A stretch of DNA of 63,612 bases, the filler included, from Stramenopiles sp. TOSAG23-6 (taxonomy: Eukaryota), in the NCBI GenBank assembly GCA_900128565.1. It is 30 parts of 30 records of this genome, joined end to end, with 100 filler letters (N's around TTAATTAATTAA, not from the genome) between each part and the next. Parts side by side here need not be neighbours in the genome. Positions count along the whole stretch, not along the records: positions 10,723 to 12,762 come from LT638360.1; positions 12,863 to 14,901 come from LT638361.1; positions 15,002 to 17,037 come from LT638362.1; positions 17,138 to 19,172 come from LT638363.1; positions 19,273 to 21,307 come from LT638364.1; positions 21,408 to 23,439 come from LT638365.1; positions 23,540 to 25,570 come from LT638366.1; 23 more parts are not named here. One strand, given 5' to 3'. The notes under the pieces were generated by a model. The model did not search any database. It saw only the letters and a list, made by a program, of their open reading frames with translations, and was not told the origin of the DNA. Shown piece after piece: positions 11,741-24,864 of the stretch (positions are counted from its first letter, which is position 1; every line of letters starts with the position of its first letter). A program made the translations under genes and the position numbers.

Positions 11741-11977
11741 TTCCCCTGAATGCTACAGGCGATATAAAACAGAAGAGGCAAGGATATGTTTTATTGTATT
11801 TAAAAAATATTATGATGGGTGGGACAATGATGTCATTGTGTTTGATGCCAACACACATCAAAAATGCCACGTGTCAAAAGCAACGCGCAACACGTGCTCT
11901 CTATCTTGTGTCTGTCTGGCCGCCCAGCACAAACAGTACTACGAACTTGTGTGTTTCTTTTAGTGATTAGAATAACA

Positions 11978-12678
11978 ATGATTGCTTCAGGAGTTCGCAG
12001 AGTAGCAAAATGCAGTTCACGTTATATTCAACACTCATCTTCTATAGCTGGAAATTGTTTCTCAACCACCAGCAACAGCCAGGGTGGGCAAGAAGACACT
12101 GAGAGCTACGACGCTATGCTTTCCGAAATCGCAAAACGAAGGTTGCCAGACGAAGCCCTCAAGATGCTCGATCTTATGCGTTCTAATAACGAACTTATTG
12201 AGCTTAGCCATTATACTTCAGCGATTGTTGCGTGTGAGAGTGAAAGTGAAAGTGCTATACATTTATTGACAGAAATGGAAGAGTCTGGTCTAGACGCTAA
12301 CATTACATGCCTCACTGCAGCTGCAAAATCGTGTGAAGCCACGGGTGCATTTACAGAATCCTTTGCGTTGAATGTTCGATTAAAGAGATTGGTGTTAACA
12401 TCAGAGGAAGGGAGGATACGTAGACGTTTACTGGAAAAGTCTCACGAAGAACTTTCAAAATATGAAATGAAACCTCTGCAGATGACGTATTCTCTCTTGA
12501 TATCAGAAAATGCCAAAGAAGGAAACTGGAAAAAAAGTTTCCGTCTTCTAAATGAAATGGTGGACAAAGGTATTAAGTTTCCTTTTGCTACTTTGGATGT
12601 GGCAGCATCTATTTGTAAACAAAATGGAAGGCAAAAAGAGTTTGAACAACTTACTAGTTTAGTAACACCTGATACTAT
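11978..12678 (+). CDS. PPR-repeat protein, probably mitochondrial; first exon
   Basis: SYDAMLSEIAK, HYTSAIVAC and TYSLLISENAKEGNWKKSFRLLNEM; presequence-like N-terminus; donor at 12679. Confidence 0.8.
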
Positions 12679-12862
12679 GTATGTTTTATGTTTTTTCAAA
12701 TTCGAAGTTTTTTTCGTACGAAATTTTGTACCTAACAAATTTAAGTTTTTTTTTTTGAAATANNNNNNNNNNNNNNNNNNNNNNNNNNNNNNNNNNNNNN
12801 NNNNNNTTAATTAATTAANNNNNNNNNNNNNNNNNNNNNNNNNNNNNNNNNNNNNNNNNNNN

Positions 12863-12902
<40 letters not shown>

Positions 12903-12974
12903 TTTAGGTACAAAATTTCGTACGAAAAAAAAACCAAAAAAAAAAAAAAAAATAATAATAAAAAAAAAACGTAC

Positions 12975-13509
12975 ATGATTCGATATTTTTTTCGTGTCCA
13001 TTCTCTAAAACTAATTTAAAAACACATTGAATGTCATACGTCACAAACACATTCTTACTTGATTTATCAATTGATCCATCTAATCGCATTGATCCTGTTC
13101 CCATAGAATATTTTGGTACAGAAATCGTAATTGAAGTGTCTCGTACTGGAGGTGGAAGTCGTCCTTCTTTAATTACTTTTGAAGATGACATTGTACGACA
13201 ACAATAGATCCAACGCCCAAGAAGACCACCCATCTTTTGTCCAGTCACTCGTACTTTCTCACGATGATGTTTTTCTCCAATGTATATATCAAGTTGAAAT
13301 TGTTCATCAAGCACATTTAAGGACACGCTTGGATCATTTGGTGAAGAGGAGAGTTGTGAAGTAAGCCTAGCTTGGGTGACATCATGAGTTAAGGTGATGA
13401 GATGAACACGACCCGACCTGTCTTTTGTATACCAATATCTCGTGTACACTAGTGCATATTTGAGAGCACTTGGACTCCAATCTGCTAAACTACTGTTTCC
13501 TGCTCCCAT
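12975..13509 (-). CDS. Putative N-myristoylated hypothetical protein; first exon
   Basis: MGAGNSS start; the ORF runs into a family intron donor at 12974. Confidence 0.6.
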
Positions 13510-14023
13510 TTCGCTTTGTTTCGTGTTGACCTTTATGAAATCAAGAAAATCAAGAAAATCAAAAAAATCAAAAAAAAGGTTTTTTCTTTCAAAGATATTT
13601 TTCGGTTTTATTTTAACGTAAAAAAAAATTCAAACCCCTCCTCAAAAAAACTAAGCAGACAGGTTTGTCTACATCTTAATTGAACATCGTATGTATTTTT
13701 TTTGGACCCTAAGCCTAATTGAAGATAATGTAAATACAGTGAACTAAATTTGAGTTAACCGTCAGAATCAAAATGAATTCAAACTTTTTGATGCTATTGA
13801 TAATAATAGCATTATATATAGCCAAGCAGAATTTTCTATTAACATAAAGATATTTAACTCTATTCAACACAACAATCTGATTCATGCGGTGGATACGTTT
13901 GTTAAAAAAAAGGTGATTTTTGTCCTGCTCACCTCTGCTTTATGTAACGTTATAGTAGCTAGCACAACATGCGAAAAAAAACATATCCCTAAATTATGTT
14001 TTCATCTTTTTTTCCATACGTAT

Positions 14024-14605
14024 TTACCATATACTCCAAATAAGGTTTGTGAAGTAAAATGTAGAGATCAAGTTGATGCATGTTATAGCAGTCATGAAGA
14101 TACAGACAAAGTAGTTATGTTTTTCCCAAAATAAGTCTCCTTTATACGAGATCATCGTATTCGCAGTATTACCCCCTTTGGTAGGTCGCTGTGCATCGTT
14201 TCGAACTTTTTCTTCCAGAAACTCGATAAAGTTTTCTGCACTTTTGAATTCAGTGACATACAAGCCCAAAGCTGTGAAAAGGAAAGTTATTATCAATCCA
14301 ACTAACAAAAGCCGAGTTTTACGTTTCATTGCTTTCTGCCACACCACAAAATAAGAAAACATACAGACTAAAAGAAGAAATACACCCGCAATCCAAGAAT
14401 GATTCCACCAAGGAGTTTGGTGCCATTGTTCGTATGGTCCTGAGTATGTTACATGAAGTACATAAAGTAAAACACAGGAATGTAAGAATGCAATGGCTGA
14501 ACCTAAGCATAACAAAGCCCTCCAAGATAATGCATACGGTACTCTCTCTACAAGTAACGGGCTTTCTCCTTTTTTCAAAAAGGGTTCTTCTGAAGGATTT
14601 GCCAT
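14024..14605 (-). CDS. Multi-pass membrane protein
   Basis: Three to four hydrophobic segments. Confidence 0.55.
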   Translation of the reverse strand: MANPSEEPFLKKGESPLLVERVPYALSWRALLCLGSAIAFLHSCVLLYVLHVTYSGPYEQWHQTPWWNHSWIAGVFLLLVCMFSYFVVWQKAMKRKTRLLLVGLIITFLFTALGLYVTEFKSAENFIEFLEEKVRNDAQRPTKGGNTANTMISYKGDLFWEKHNYFVCIFMTAITCINLISTFYFTNLIWSIW

Positions 14606-15001
14606 CGTAAGACTTTTGGTTTGAATTTGAATCTATACTATATAGTACGCGTACAGGTGCGTTTTAGGGTTTAAAAAAATTTAAAAATTCAATTTTTCAA
14701 ACTTTGTCATTCGCTCCTAAAATCCTACTAGAACCCTAACCCTAGTATACTCTAGTAGAGAGAAAAAAGGAAAAAAGCGAAAAAAGCAAGCGCATTTATA
14801 TATGAGAAATTCATTTCATTCACTCAAAAAAATAAGTACTGGGAAGGACGGCAAAAGTGGGGCACTAAAAATGTTTTTTGTTTAAAAAAATCAAATTTTC
14901 GNNNNNNNNNNNNNNNNNNNNNNNNNNNNNNNNNNNNNNNNNNNNTTAATTAATTAANNNNNNNNNNNNNNNNNNNNNNNNNNNNNNNNNNNNNNNNNNN
15001 N

Positions 15002-15898
15002 TCTGTCATCATATCTCGAGTTAGAATATCTGTCACCTCCACGAGAATATCTGTCACCTCCACGAGAATATCTGTCACCACCACGAGAGTAAGAATATCT
15101 GTCACCACCACGAGAATATCTGTCCCCTCCACGTCCGCGGGGACGATCTCTGCGCCCTCCTCGGGGCTCTTCGTATGGATCGTCTGTTGCGCTTGGTCGA
15201 TTTCCATCTCGGCCACCTCCTCCTGTCTCCCACCAACGTCGGTCACGATCACTGATTGTTACACCTTCCCCTTTTAATAAATCACGTAATGCATCTGCCT
15301 CTTCATAATTGCGTTCCATACGTAATTTCTCACGTTTAATCAAAATTTTTCGAATTGAAACAGTAGTGATTTTTCCGTCATCGCCTTTCTCTATATCGTC
15401 ATCATTTCCTCCACCACGGCTTCGTGAACGGGACCTAGAACGGGAGCGAGATCTAGAACGGGAGCGAGATCTAGAACGGGAGCGGGATCTAGAACGGGAA
15501 CGAGATCTAGAGCGTTTCTTCATATTATTTTCAGTGTCGTCGAGAGAATCGCCTTCATTTACAGTATTTTGATTCTCCTCGCTCTCGGGAGCAGTATTTT
15601 TCACAAGTGAATCCTTTTCTGCCACAGTACCGTTTGTTGTACCGTTTGATTCTTCCACGACATCCATTTTTTCTTGTTTTTCCACTGGAGTTTCTTTAGT
15701 GACAGTCTCTTCCGTTGTTTCTTCAGCGACATTTTCAGTTGTTTTAGTTGTTTCTGATTCTTCCGCCGGCTTATTTTCTGTCTGAGCAGCTTCCAATCGT
15801 TCAATCAAAGCAGCTTTTAAGCCAGTTGTGTCTAAACCTTGCTTTTTTAATGCAGCACGGAGCTTTGTTACCGTCATCTTTGAATAATTAACTTCCAT
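15002..15898 (-). CDS. SAP-domain, RS-repeat, CysRS-anticodon-domain-like, RGG-rich protein; 3' partial
   Basis: MTVTKLRAALKKQGLDTTGLKAALIERL (SAP), an (RS)n tract, REKLRMERNYEEADALRDLLKGEGVTISD, and SRGGDRY repeats. Confidence 0.85.
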
Positions 15899-16389
15899 TG
15901 TAATTTGTTTGGTGCAATCCTATCACGCAAGGCAGCGCAATGTTTTTCTGAACGAGTCGAGTCGAGGTCGAGGAGAACAAATGTGCTCCGTCGCGGAATA
16001 TCCTGGGCTGAATCATATCTACAGCAGGTTTGTTCCAAAAATGTGAAATATTTTCTGATCGCTTTCGTTTTCGCTTGATGGTATCTGGATTGTATCGAAT
16101 TGGAATTTCACAAAACGTGTGTCATTGCAGTAATTGCCATTAGATCTTCTTCTGAGACGGAAGCGCCGGGTTTGTTGCCCATTATTCTGGGGCTAAAATA
16201 AATTATTGAAGAAAAATTATTGGAAGTGAATTAATTTTTCTGATTTCGTGTGATTTCTTCGGTTAGAAAACAAAAAAGACGTTAAAAAATTGGCACCACA
16301 TTTTTTTTTCTTGCGAAAACGTTGTATATCTATAGTGAAATATTTCTTATCCCCTTTGCTTATTACAGGATTTCCAAATCAAAAAGAGA

Positions 16390-17037
16390 ATGAATACGTC
16401 AACATTCTTTGTCTTAGCCTTAATAGGTACCTTCACAACCACATCTCAAGCAAAGCCATGTAAGTCTTATGAATCTGAACCCGCAACTGTTGAGACCATT
16501 TGTGAACAATGTATTGCCGACGACAACTGTATCTTTTACCCAACATCCTGTAGTTCTAACCCAGGAGAGAATAATTCTTATCATTGCCAAAGTATTCCAG
16601 ACGATCCAGATGAGAAGAGTAACTTCATTGTTAACTTGTTTGCAAAAAAGAAAACCATTGGCAACTGCAATGAGCTTAATACGTTTTCTTTAACGAAAGG
16701 AAAAGACCTTTTCTGTCAGGATGTGGGGACTCTGGTGGACAGAATTGCGTATATTGGTATACATTATTTCACAGATCTTCTACCGTACAAACGTCAACTC
16801 ACCAAAAAACGGTTAGATTACAGGAAAGAAAACCCCAATGAGACATATCTCAAAAGCATTCAAGCTGGATATGAACAAGCTTACGAAAATGATAAACAAT
16901 GGGTGCGTATGTATCTCATGAAAAATCCAAATGTGGTAAGAGCGGCAATCTTCAAAGATTACCAGACAACTTTGGATACTCTCGAGGTGTTGGGCATTCA
17001 ACACTCAACATATAAAGAAACGTTTGCGGAGTGTGCA
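16390..17037 (+). CDS. Secreted protein with an N-terminal Cys-rich (PSI-like) region; partial
   Basis: Signal peptide; CEQCIADDNCIFYPTSC. Confidence 0.65.
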
Positions 17038-17259
17038 NNNNNNNNNNNNNNNNNNNNNNNNNNNNNNNNNNNNNNNNNNNNTTAATTAATTAANNNNNNN
17101 NNNNNNNNNNNNNNNNNNNNNNNNNNNNNNNNNNNNNTTTTTAAAAAAATTTTTTTTTTTTTTTTTTTTTTTTTTGTAAAAAAAACGTTAGGTACAAAAT
17201 TTACTATAAAAAAAAAATCGTATTTTTTGTTAGGGTTAGGGTTTAAAAAAAAAACATAC

Positions 17260-19052
17260 GTGAGACTTGGGGAATCTAATAAAGTGTCACGTAAAGAATT
17301 CGAAGCAGCCTTTGCTATCTGAGCAACATTTGATCCACTTGAAGTAGTTGCATCATTTGTCACAACGTTATGTGCTGAATTTTTATTTTGTTTTTTATTT
17401 TGTTTTTTATTTTGTTTTTTATTTTGTTTTGTACTAAATTCCATACTTAATGATTTATTTTGTTTTGTACTAAATGACGTTTTTTTTGTATCAATAATAG
17501 ATGGTCTTACAATCCCTACAAGAGATTCCCTTTCCCTACCTTTGACAACAGCAGCTATAATTGAAGATTTTGCAATACATTTTTTTTCATTTTTTTGTTG
17601 TTTAATTTTTATTTGTTTAATTTGTTTTGTTTGTTTTGTTTGTTTTGTTTGTTTTTGTTGTTTTTGTTGTTTTATTTGTTTTTGTTGTTTTGTTTGTTTT
17701 TGTATTTTTTGATCTGATTTTTCATAATTTATCTGTCCAATACCAAATACATTTGATGAAGCATTGCCGACATGTAATGATGTATTATTGTCAACATTAA
17801 ATTTATGTGATGATAATGCATTATGTTTGTTACTGCGTTCGCGTCTTTTTCCTCCTCTCTGAACAGTTTTCCATGTATTTTGTAAAAATATTTCAAAAAC
17901 AATTCTAAAAAAATTTGTTAGGTACAACATTTTTTTTTTTCCTATAAAAAAAAAAAAAAAAAATCAATTTCCTATGAAAAAAAAAAAAATGAAATAAATT
18001 TTAAAATAAATTTTAAAATAAAATAAAACGCACACACACCCCCTGAATTATCTTTTTGTTCTGTTCCATTCATTTTTTCATGTAGTATTATTTTTTTTTT
18101 ATTAGATGATGTTTGTCGATTACTATTACTATTACTTTCATTCATTGTAATAGGTTTACTAGTAGAAGATTCAATAACAGTGACATCACAATTTTCTACA
18201 ATTTGATTAAGATCCTTAGTATGTTGTTCAGACAGTTTTCTAGGGTTAGGGTTATCCTTATGTTTTTCAGATATTTTTCTAGAATGTTGTTTTACATGTT
18301 GAAGCCCCACCAAATCCTTATGGATTTTATTATTTTTCATCGATATTTTGTTATGATTTTTATGATTTTTATGATGTTCAAAGTTTTTCTTCAACCTATT
18401 ATTATGTTTATTATGTTGTTTACATCGTGATTTTGATTTTCCATTTTTTCGTGTTGTTTTAGAATTTGGTTTTGAAAATGTATTTTTATTAAACAAATTT
18501 ATGAGCTCTGCTTCTGATAATCTCGGTGATGAAGAGTTAATCCCTGTACTATTTGTATTTATACTACATGTACTACTCGACGAAGAAGGTGTTGACACAG
18601 AACTGCTTGGAATAGAATTTGTCATCTCATTTTCAACTGTATCATATTTTGAAGTATTTCTGGTACTAGGGTTAGGGTGTATTGGGATGACGTCATCATT
18701 TGGTATAGTAGATATTGAAGTTTGATGATTTGTCGTACTTCCGATAGATTTCGTCCCTACCATATTTTGTATTTGTTGAGTAGTACTAGGGTTAGGGTTA
18801 TCGTCAAATGTTTTTGATTGTTTTTTAGTAGTACTACGCCCAACAGGACCATTTGAGCTATTTGAGCTATTTGAGCTATTTGAACTATTTGAAGCATTAG
18901 GGTTAGGGTTATTCGAGTATCGTGTATAGATTTTATGTTGAGACATTTTAGCAATTTTGGCAGCAATACTACTCCGAACGTTTGAATGTCTCACATTCAT
19001 AAAATGTTTATCATGTTTTTCAGCCAGTTTTTTGTTTTGTTGTCTTTGTTGA
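17260..19052 (-). CDS. Low-complexity N/K/S/Q-rich protein; two internal exons (about 19052-18034 and 17872-17260)
   Basis: Two long ORFs joined in frame by intron 17873-18033 (GTGCGT...TACAT). Confidence 0.6.
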
Positions 19053-19432
19053 TATGCTTTTTTGAAAAATATTTGAAAAAAAAATCTAAAAAAATTTGTT
19101 AGGTACAAAAATTTTTTCTAAAAAAAAAAAAAATAAATTCGATTTTTTTGTTAAAAAAAAAAATAAAACATANNNNNNNNNNNNNNNNNNNNNNNNNNNN
19201 NNNNNNNNNNNNNNNNTTAATTAATTAANNNNNNNNNNNNNNNNNNNNNNNNNNNNNNNNNNNNNNNNNNNNATATAAAAAATGGAATTCCAAATGGTAA
19301 AAGAAGAAAGATAAATAGACCACTGAGCAATCTTCCAAAAAAAAATGTAGCTTATTATTTTATAATAAAATTAAAAAAAATTGGAATTAGTACCACATTT
19401 TGTACGCAATGAATTTCGATTTTACAAAACTT

Positions 19433-20275
19433 TTACCCTTTGTTTTCTTGTCCAGTTAACTGAGACAATACATTGGCAAGTGTAGAATGGATCATACTTT
19501 CAGAAACAGTAACACCTTGTTCATGTAATGCTGACTGAATGGCATCACTAATGGCATGTTTATCTAATTTAGCTTTTGGTTGTGTATTATTTTGTAAACT
19601 ATTATTTTCTTCTACAGCCTGTGACGGTGCAGTTTTTGTATTCAAACTTTTTGTTAACCCGAATTCTTTCTCAACTGAATTTTGACCATTTGGAATAAAT
19701 TTCTCTACTGTTTTTGCTATAGCAGTAAAAACATTTTTATTTTTCTGAGTATTTGGACTTTCTCCTGTATTTAACTTTATATTTAAAAGTGCCTGATGTA
19801 TACCTCTTGCTAAATTATTCTCTTCTTCTTGTCTTTTTGTAACAGATTTGTCTAATACATCTCGAGTTCCCCATAATACCCACCTACCGGGTACACCTAC
19901 GCCTCCGACATTGGCGTTTTTCAAAAGTTGATTGGAAGGTTTGACTAATTTTCTGTTGGAAATATTCGGTAGAGGTTCCCATTCCCGATCCCATTTTACA
20001 TTCCAAAATTGACCATAAATTGCATTAAGATATTTTTCCTTATGCTGTGGACATCGAACAGGGACACTTACAAGTATACATGGTGTAGTAGGAAATATTA
20101 TATTTGAATCAAAAACCATATTTCCTCCATCAGCTGATATTTGTTTTGTACCAAATTGCGTGCCTAATAAATTGATTGAATTTCCATCTACACTACGTTT
20201 ACATGATGATTTATTCCGAATTTTCTCACAACCAAATAAAATACACTGATTATTCTTTTTATTCGATACCTTCTA
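19433..20275 (-). CDS. Hypothetical protein C-terminus; its 5' end abuts the EGF ORF in another frame
   Basis: Frame is open from about 20275 to the stop at 19433. Confidence 0.5.
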
Positions 20276-21307
20276 GAGGTGCTTTACAAATACTGCAGTA
20301 GTTATGTTTTCCAGACCCATTTACTGTAAATGCCCAACACTCAGAGTAGCTATCACATATTTCCCTGCATCTTGAGTACATTGATCCACTTGTGCTCAAT
20401 CGATTACAGTCCGTGTCATTTGCGGTACAGGTGAAATGCAATTCTTTGCCATCTTTATCCTTTACAAAGTCTGTACACGCAGCATCACTGTAGCTCTTGT
20501 ACGTATTTTGTAGAGTAACTGGACAAAGATCGCCAGTCCAAGGCTTGCATTCATTACCAACTAAACGATGGAATGGTTTACACTTGGTACACTTGGAATC
20601 TGTGCCACTAGTGCATGTGAGATGGTCGGCGAGACAGTGATTAATTGGTGTACACGTGCATGTACCATCACCTTTAGTACCATCATTACATTTACCAGCA
20701 GCACTGCAAGCATGATACTTTCCATTATCAGGTATTTTTGGACCCGTTGGACAAAGTATATTACATGTAGCCCCAGCAACACCTGGTTGACAGCATACAT
20801 ATGATCCATCAACTTTTTTACTGACAGGGCCATCGCATGTACCATCACCATCAGAATCAGGTTTCAATGGATCAGTACCATTCTTCACTTCATCTTCATC
20901 ACTAACACCATCATTATCATCGTCAGTATCATCACCATTATGGCTTCCATCTTGATCTGTATCAACCTGACAATCAGCACCAGCGTGACCTTTTGTACAT
21001 GCACATTTGCCATCACCCTTTGTTCCATCACTACATGTGCCTTTGCCATTACATGGAGAAGCAGCACCGCCTGGACATTCTTGATCGCACTTTTCACCAT
21101 ACATGCCAGGTTGACAGCATACAAAAGCACCCTCAACTTGTACACTGTTAGGACCATCACATCTACCATCACCATCAGAATCAACAATCAAAAGAAGGTA
21201 ACGTGTCTGTGACAACTTCACTGTTTTTCCAACCCAGCGTAACAGTGTGTGGACTTCAGTAGCAGAGAGAGTAGGTGCACCAGCAGCATTAAAAACACTC
21301 ATACTTT
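20259..21307 (-). CDS. EGF-like and thrombospondin type-3-like (DxDxDG) repeat protein; partial
   Basis: CNGKGTCSDGTKGDGKCAC, DTDDDNDGVSD and GTDPLKPDSDGDG. Confidence 0.8.
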
Positions 21308-21407
21308 NNNNNNNNNNNNNNNNNNNNNNNNNNNNNNNNNNNNNNNNNNNNTTAATTAATTAANNNNNNNNNNNNNNNNNNNNNNNNNNNNNNNNNNNNN
21401 NNNNNNN

Positions 21408-23362
21408 TTTTGCCTCTGCTTCAGCCTTTGCTTTTGCCTCAGCTTCAGCTTTTGCTTTTACAACTGCTTCAGCTTTTGCTTTTACATCTGCTTCAGCTTT
21501 TGCTTTTGCCTCTGCTTCAGCCTTTGCTTTTGCCTCAGCTTCAGCTTTTGCTTTTACAACTGCTTCAGCTTTTGCTTTTACATCTGCTTCAGCTTTTGCT
21601 TTTGCCTCTGCTTCAGCCTTTGCTTTTGCCTCAGCTTCAGCTTTTGCTTTTACATCTGCTTCAGCCTTCGCTTTTGCCTCAGCTTCGGCCTTTGTTTTAG
21701 CATCTGCTTCAGCTTTTGCCTTTACTTTTGCCTCTGCTTCAGCCTTTGCTTTAGCTTTTTCATTTGCTGCTTGTACATTTATTTTATTCATAGTATCTCC
21801 AATATGACCAATACATTCGCTTTTATATGTTTGTGTCGTAATTTGTTCAATATATGCTCTAGCATAGGAATTGAATTTTACTAAGGAGGAATCACATGCT
21901 ACTGCATAGAACTTTTTCATGACTCGTTCAAATATCTCATACTTGATTCTATTATTAATGACATTAAATGAAGATGAGCTGAATAATGACCTTATTGTTT
22001 GTTTTGTTTCATTTACTAGTACGACATCCTCAATATCTTCATTTTCTTCTGTTTGTTTTGTTTCATTTACTAGTACGACATCATCAATAACTTCTTTTTC
22101 TTCCGTTTGTTGTTGCTTGCTCTCTTGCAATATACCCGTTTTTGAATGATTACGGTATGTGTCTGTTTCATCGCTAAAACCAACCATATTCATAAACTCT
22201 TCGAAGTCAGTGTAAGCAATTGTACAATTACTATAATCCACATTTTCCATATTTGTTGCATTTAACCATGGCAACATATTATTACTTAAAGCATCACATA
22301 ATATACGGAGAGATGTTGTACTATCAGTTTCAGTTTCACTAGAAGAATATAAAGAGTATTCTTCAAGTATATTATTTGTAATGGCAGAGTATTTAGCTAT
22401 AAGATGCTGTGAAACTTTTTTTTTTGCTACCATTTGCCTCTGTTTTGTTTGAAGTACTACGGCAGCTTTATTTTCAGTGTTTAAAACTTCAACTTTTGCT
22501 TTAGCTGCCCTTTGCCTTTGTTTTGTTTGAAGTACTATAGCAGCTTTATTTTCAGTGTTTAGAACTTCAACTTTTGCTTTAGCAGCCATTTGCCTTTGTT
22601 TCGTCTGAAGTACTATGGCAGCTTTATTTTCAGTGTTTAAAACTTCAACTTTTGCTTTAGCTGCCATTTGCCTTTGCTTTGTTTGAAGTACTATAGCAGC
22701 TTTATTTTCAGTGTTTAGAACTTCCACTTTAGCTTTAGCAACCACTTGCCTTTGCTTCGTTTGCAGTACTACAGCAGCAGCTCTATCGCGACGGTTGTAT
22801 CCTGCCTCTACATCATCATATGCCTTTGGTCTATTCATTTCAAATGGATCAGGGTGAACAATTACACTTTTATGTTTTCTTTTTCGCATATCATAAACTC
22901 TCTTGCGAGCTGAATGGCCTCTTGTACGCCTTTGAATTGTTTTTGCTGCTTTTGCTTCTCTTTTTGTTTTTGTTTTTTGTTTATCTCGCCTTCCTCGTGA
23001 TAGAGCTTGTAATCGAGTTGCAGCAAATATTTTTGACACGCTTAATATGATGGTCGTTTTTGGCATTGACGTTGCCGATGAAGTGATAGTTACTTGTAAT
23101 TCAAGATTAGGCATCAGTTGTGCAACTTTTCTGGCGCATTTATTCAAAGATAAATGAGAAGCAGCAGATGTTGTGTAATGATACTTACTTACTTGATTAC
23201 TACTACTTGAGCTATCCTTATCCTCTGTAACACAAGTTGAAGAATTCTGATCTACACCATTTTGTACGCCAATATTATGCAATGCAACATTAATATCATT
23301 TGATGCAACATCAACACTAAATAACAAACCTGTTCCAATCACTTCAGCTTGCATGACGACCC
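21408..23362 (-). CDS. IQ-repeat protein with an AEAKAK helical repeat; internal exon
   Basis: IQRRTRGH and five [11 protein letters not shown] repeats; AEAKAK repeats at 21408-21760; acceptor CAT at 23363. Confidence 0.75.
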
Positions 23363-23539
23363 ATGTATTTTGGAAAAATATTTCAAAAAAAAAACTGTTA
23401 GGTACAAAATTTCGTATGAAAAATAAATTCGAAATTGAANNNNNNNNNNNNNNNNNNNNNNNNNNNNNNNNNNNNNNNNNNNNTTAATTAATTAANNNNN
23501 NNNNNNNNNNNNNNNNNNNNNNNNNNNNNNNNNNNNNNN

Positions 23540-24677
23540 ATAATGAACGATGATAAAAAGAATTATGATAATAATGATACTATTGATGATGATACTGTTG
23601 ATGATAATAATAATAATAATAATAATGATAATAATTATGATAATAATAATGATGATAATAATGAAGATGATAATAATGAAGATGATACTATTGATAATAA
23701 TGATGATAATGATGATGATAATGAAGATGATACTATTGATAATAATGATGATAATAATGATGATGATACTATTGATAATGATAATAATAATAATGATGAT
23801 GATAATGAAGATGATATCAATGATAATGAGGATGATAAAGTATTAGGTGGATTAGGGTTTGAAAAAACTGAAGAAAATTTATTATTTGAAAGTATGTTTA
23901 ATGAAATGCTTCTAACAGATTCAACAACAAAAGCCTCTACTTTAGTTAATGCAAAGACAAATATGAGTAGAATGTATATCCCTCATCAAATTTTACATGG
24001 AAAATCTACAAATGATAAAAAAGATCCAGTAACAATCAAATCAAGACGAAATTCAACAATATCAATTATATCAGATTATTCTACAAAATCAAACAAATCT
24101 GAATCATTTGGTGATAATAATGATAATAATGATAATAATGATAATGATGATAATAATGATAATAATGATAATACTAAAAAAAACACAACTGAAGAAGATG
24201 ATTTCAATAGTCTTTTAAATATGACTGGAGCTACGAAATTAGTTGAAGTAGATGACGCTTTAGACATGTACGTTTTCATCATGAATTTATTAATTTATTT
24301 ATTTTTCATACGAAATTTCGTACCTAACGATTTTTTTTTTTTTATAAAATTCGTGTTTTTTTTTTTCACAATACATGACTGGTGCTATAAAATTTCGATT
24401 TTTACGGAGAGGACAACGGGGAAAAATTGAAACTTCTGATTTGTATGTACCAAATACGACACGATTGGGTGTTAATTTACATGCTCATGCCGAACAAGAC
24501 AGAATTGATCATGAACAGTTGAAAGAAAAAATTCTAGAATATAATTTTGATGATGAGAGTGAGTATCCTAGAGAGCAAGAAAAAGATAAGCGAAAGCCTC
24601 GATTTCAACAAAGAACGCGATATACTGGAAATTTCAATAAAGTAAGAAATACCAATCATAATTGGCGCAATCGTTGA
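23540..24677 (+). CDS. UPF2: UPF2-like C-terminus; exons to 24267 and 24377-24677
   Basis: D/N-rich tract, FESMFNEML, then FRFLRRG...LYVP...HEQLKEKILEYN, resembling the Upf2 C-terminal domain; joined by a GT-AT intron. Confidence 0.6.
24268..24376 (+). mobile_element. Family intron GTACGT...ATACAT (109 nt)
   Basis: Core motif present; ACATG repeated at both junctions; removal restores the frame. Confidence 0.8.
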
Positions 24678-24864
24678 TGAAGAGGTATATAATACATCAC
24701 ATCATTTTAAATAATTTTAAATATGTATTTGTGTAGGTGTATGCAAAAAAGAAAAGTTTTAACTCTGTAGATATTTTTTAATAGATGATGGGATGATTTA
24801 TTACAAAATAAACAAAGTTAAGATTTCCATTGTTTAAAGTTGGAGTACTATTATTTCAATTGGT

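Noticed and set aside
20220-20290. Overlap or programmed frameshift between the EGF ORF and the downstream ORF
   Set aside because: The protein character changes abruptly with no recoding signal; a chimera or indel error is more likely.
24266-24376. Ciliate IES-like DNA elimination bounded by AT repeats
   Set aside because: Copies are almost all sense to the host gene and carry donor and branch-like signals; some lack the duplicated dinucleotide. RNA splicing fits better, though DNA excision is not formally excluded.
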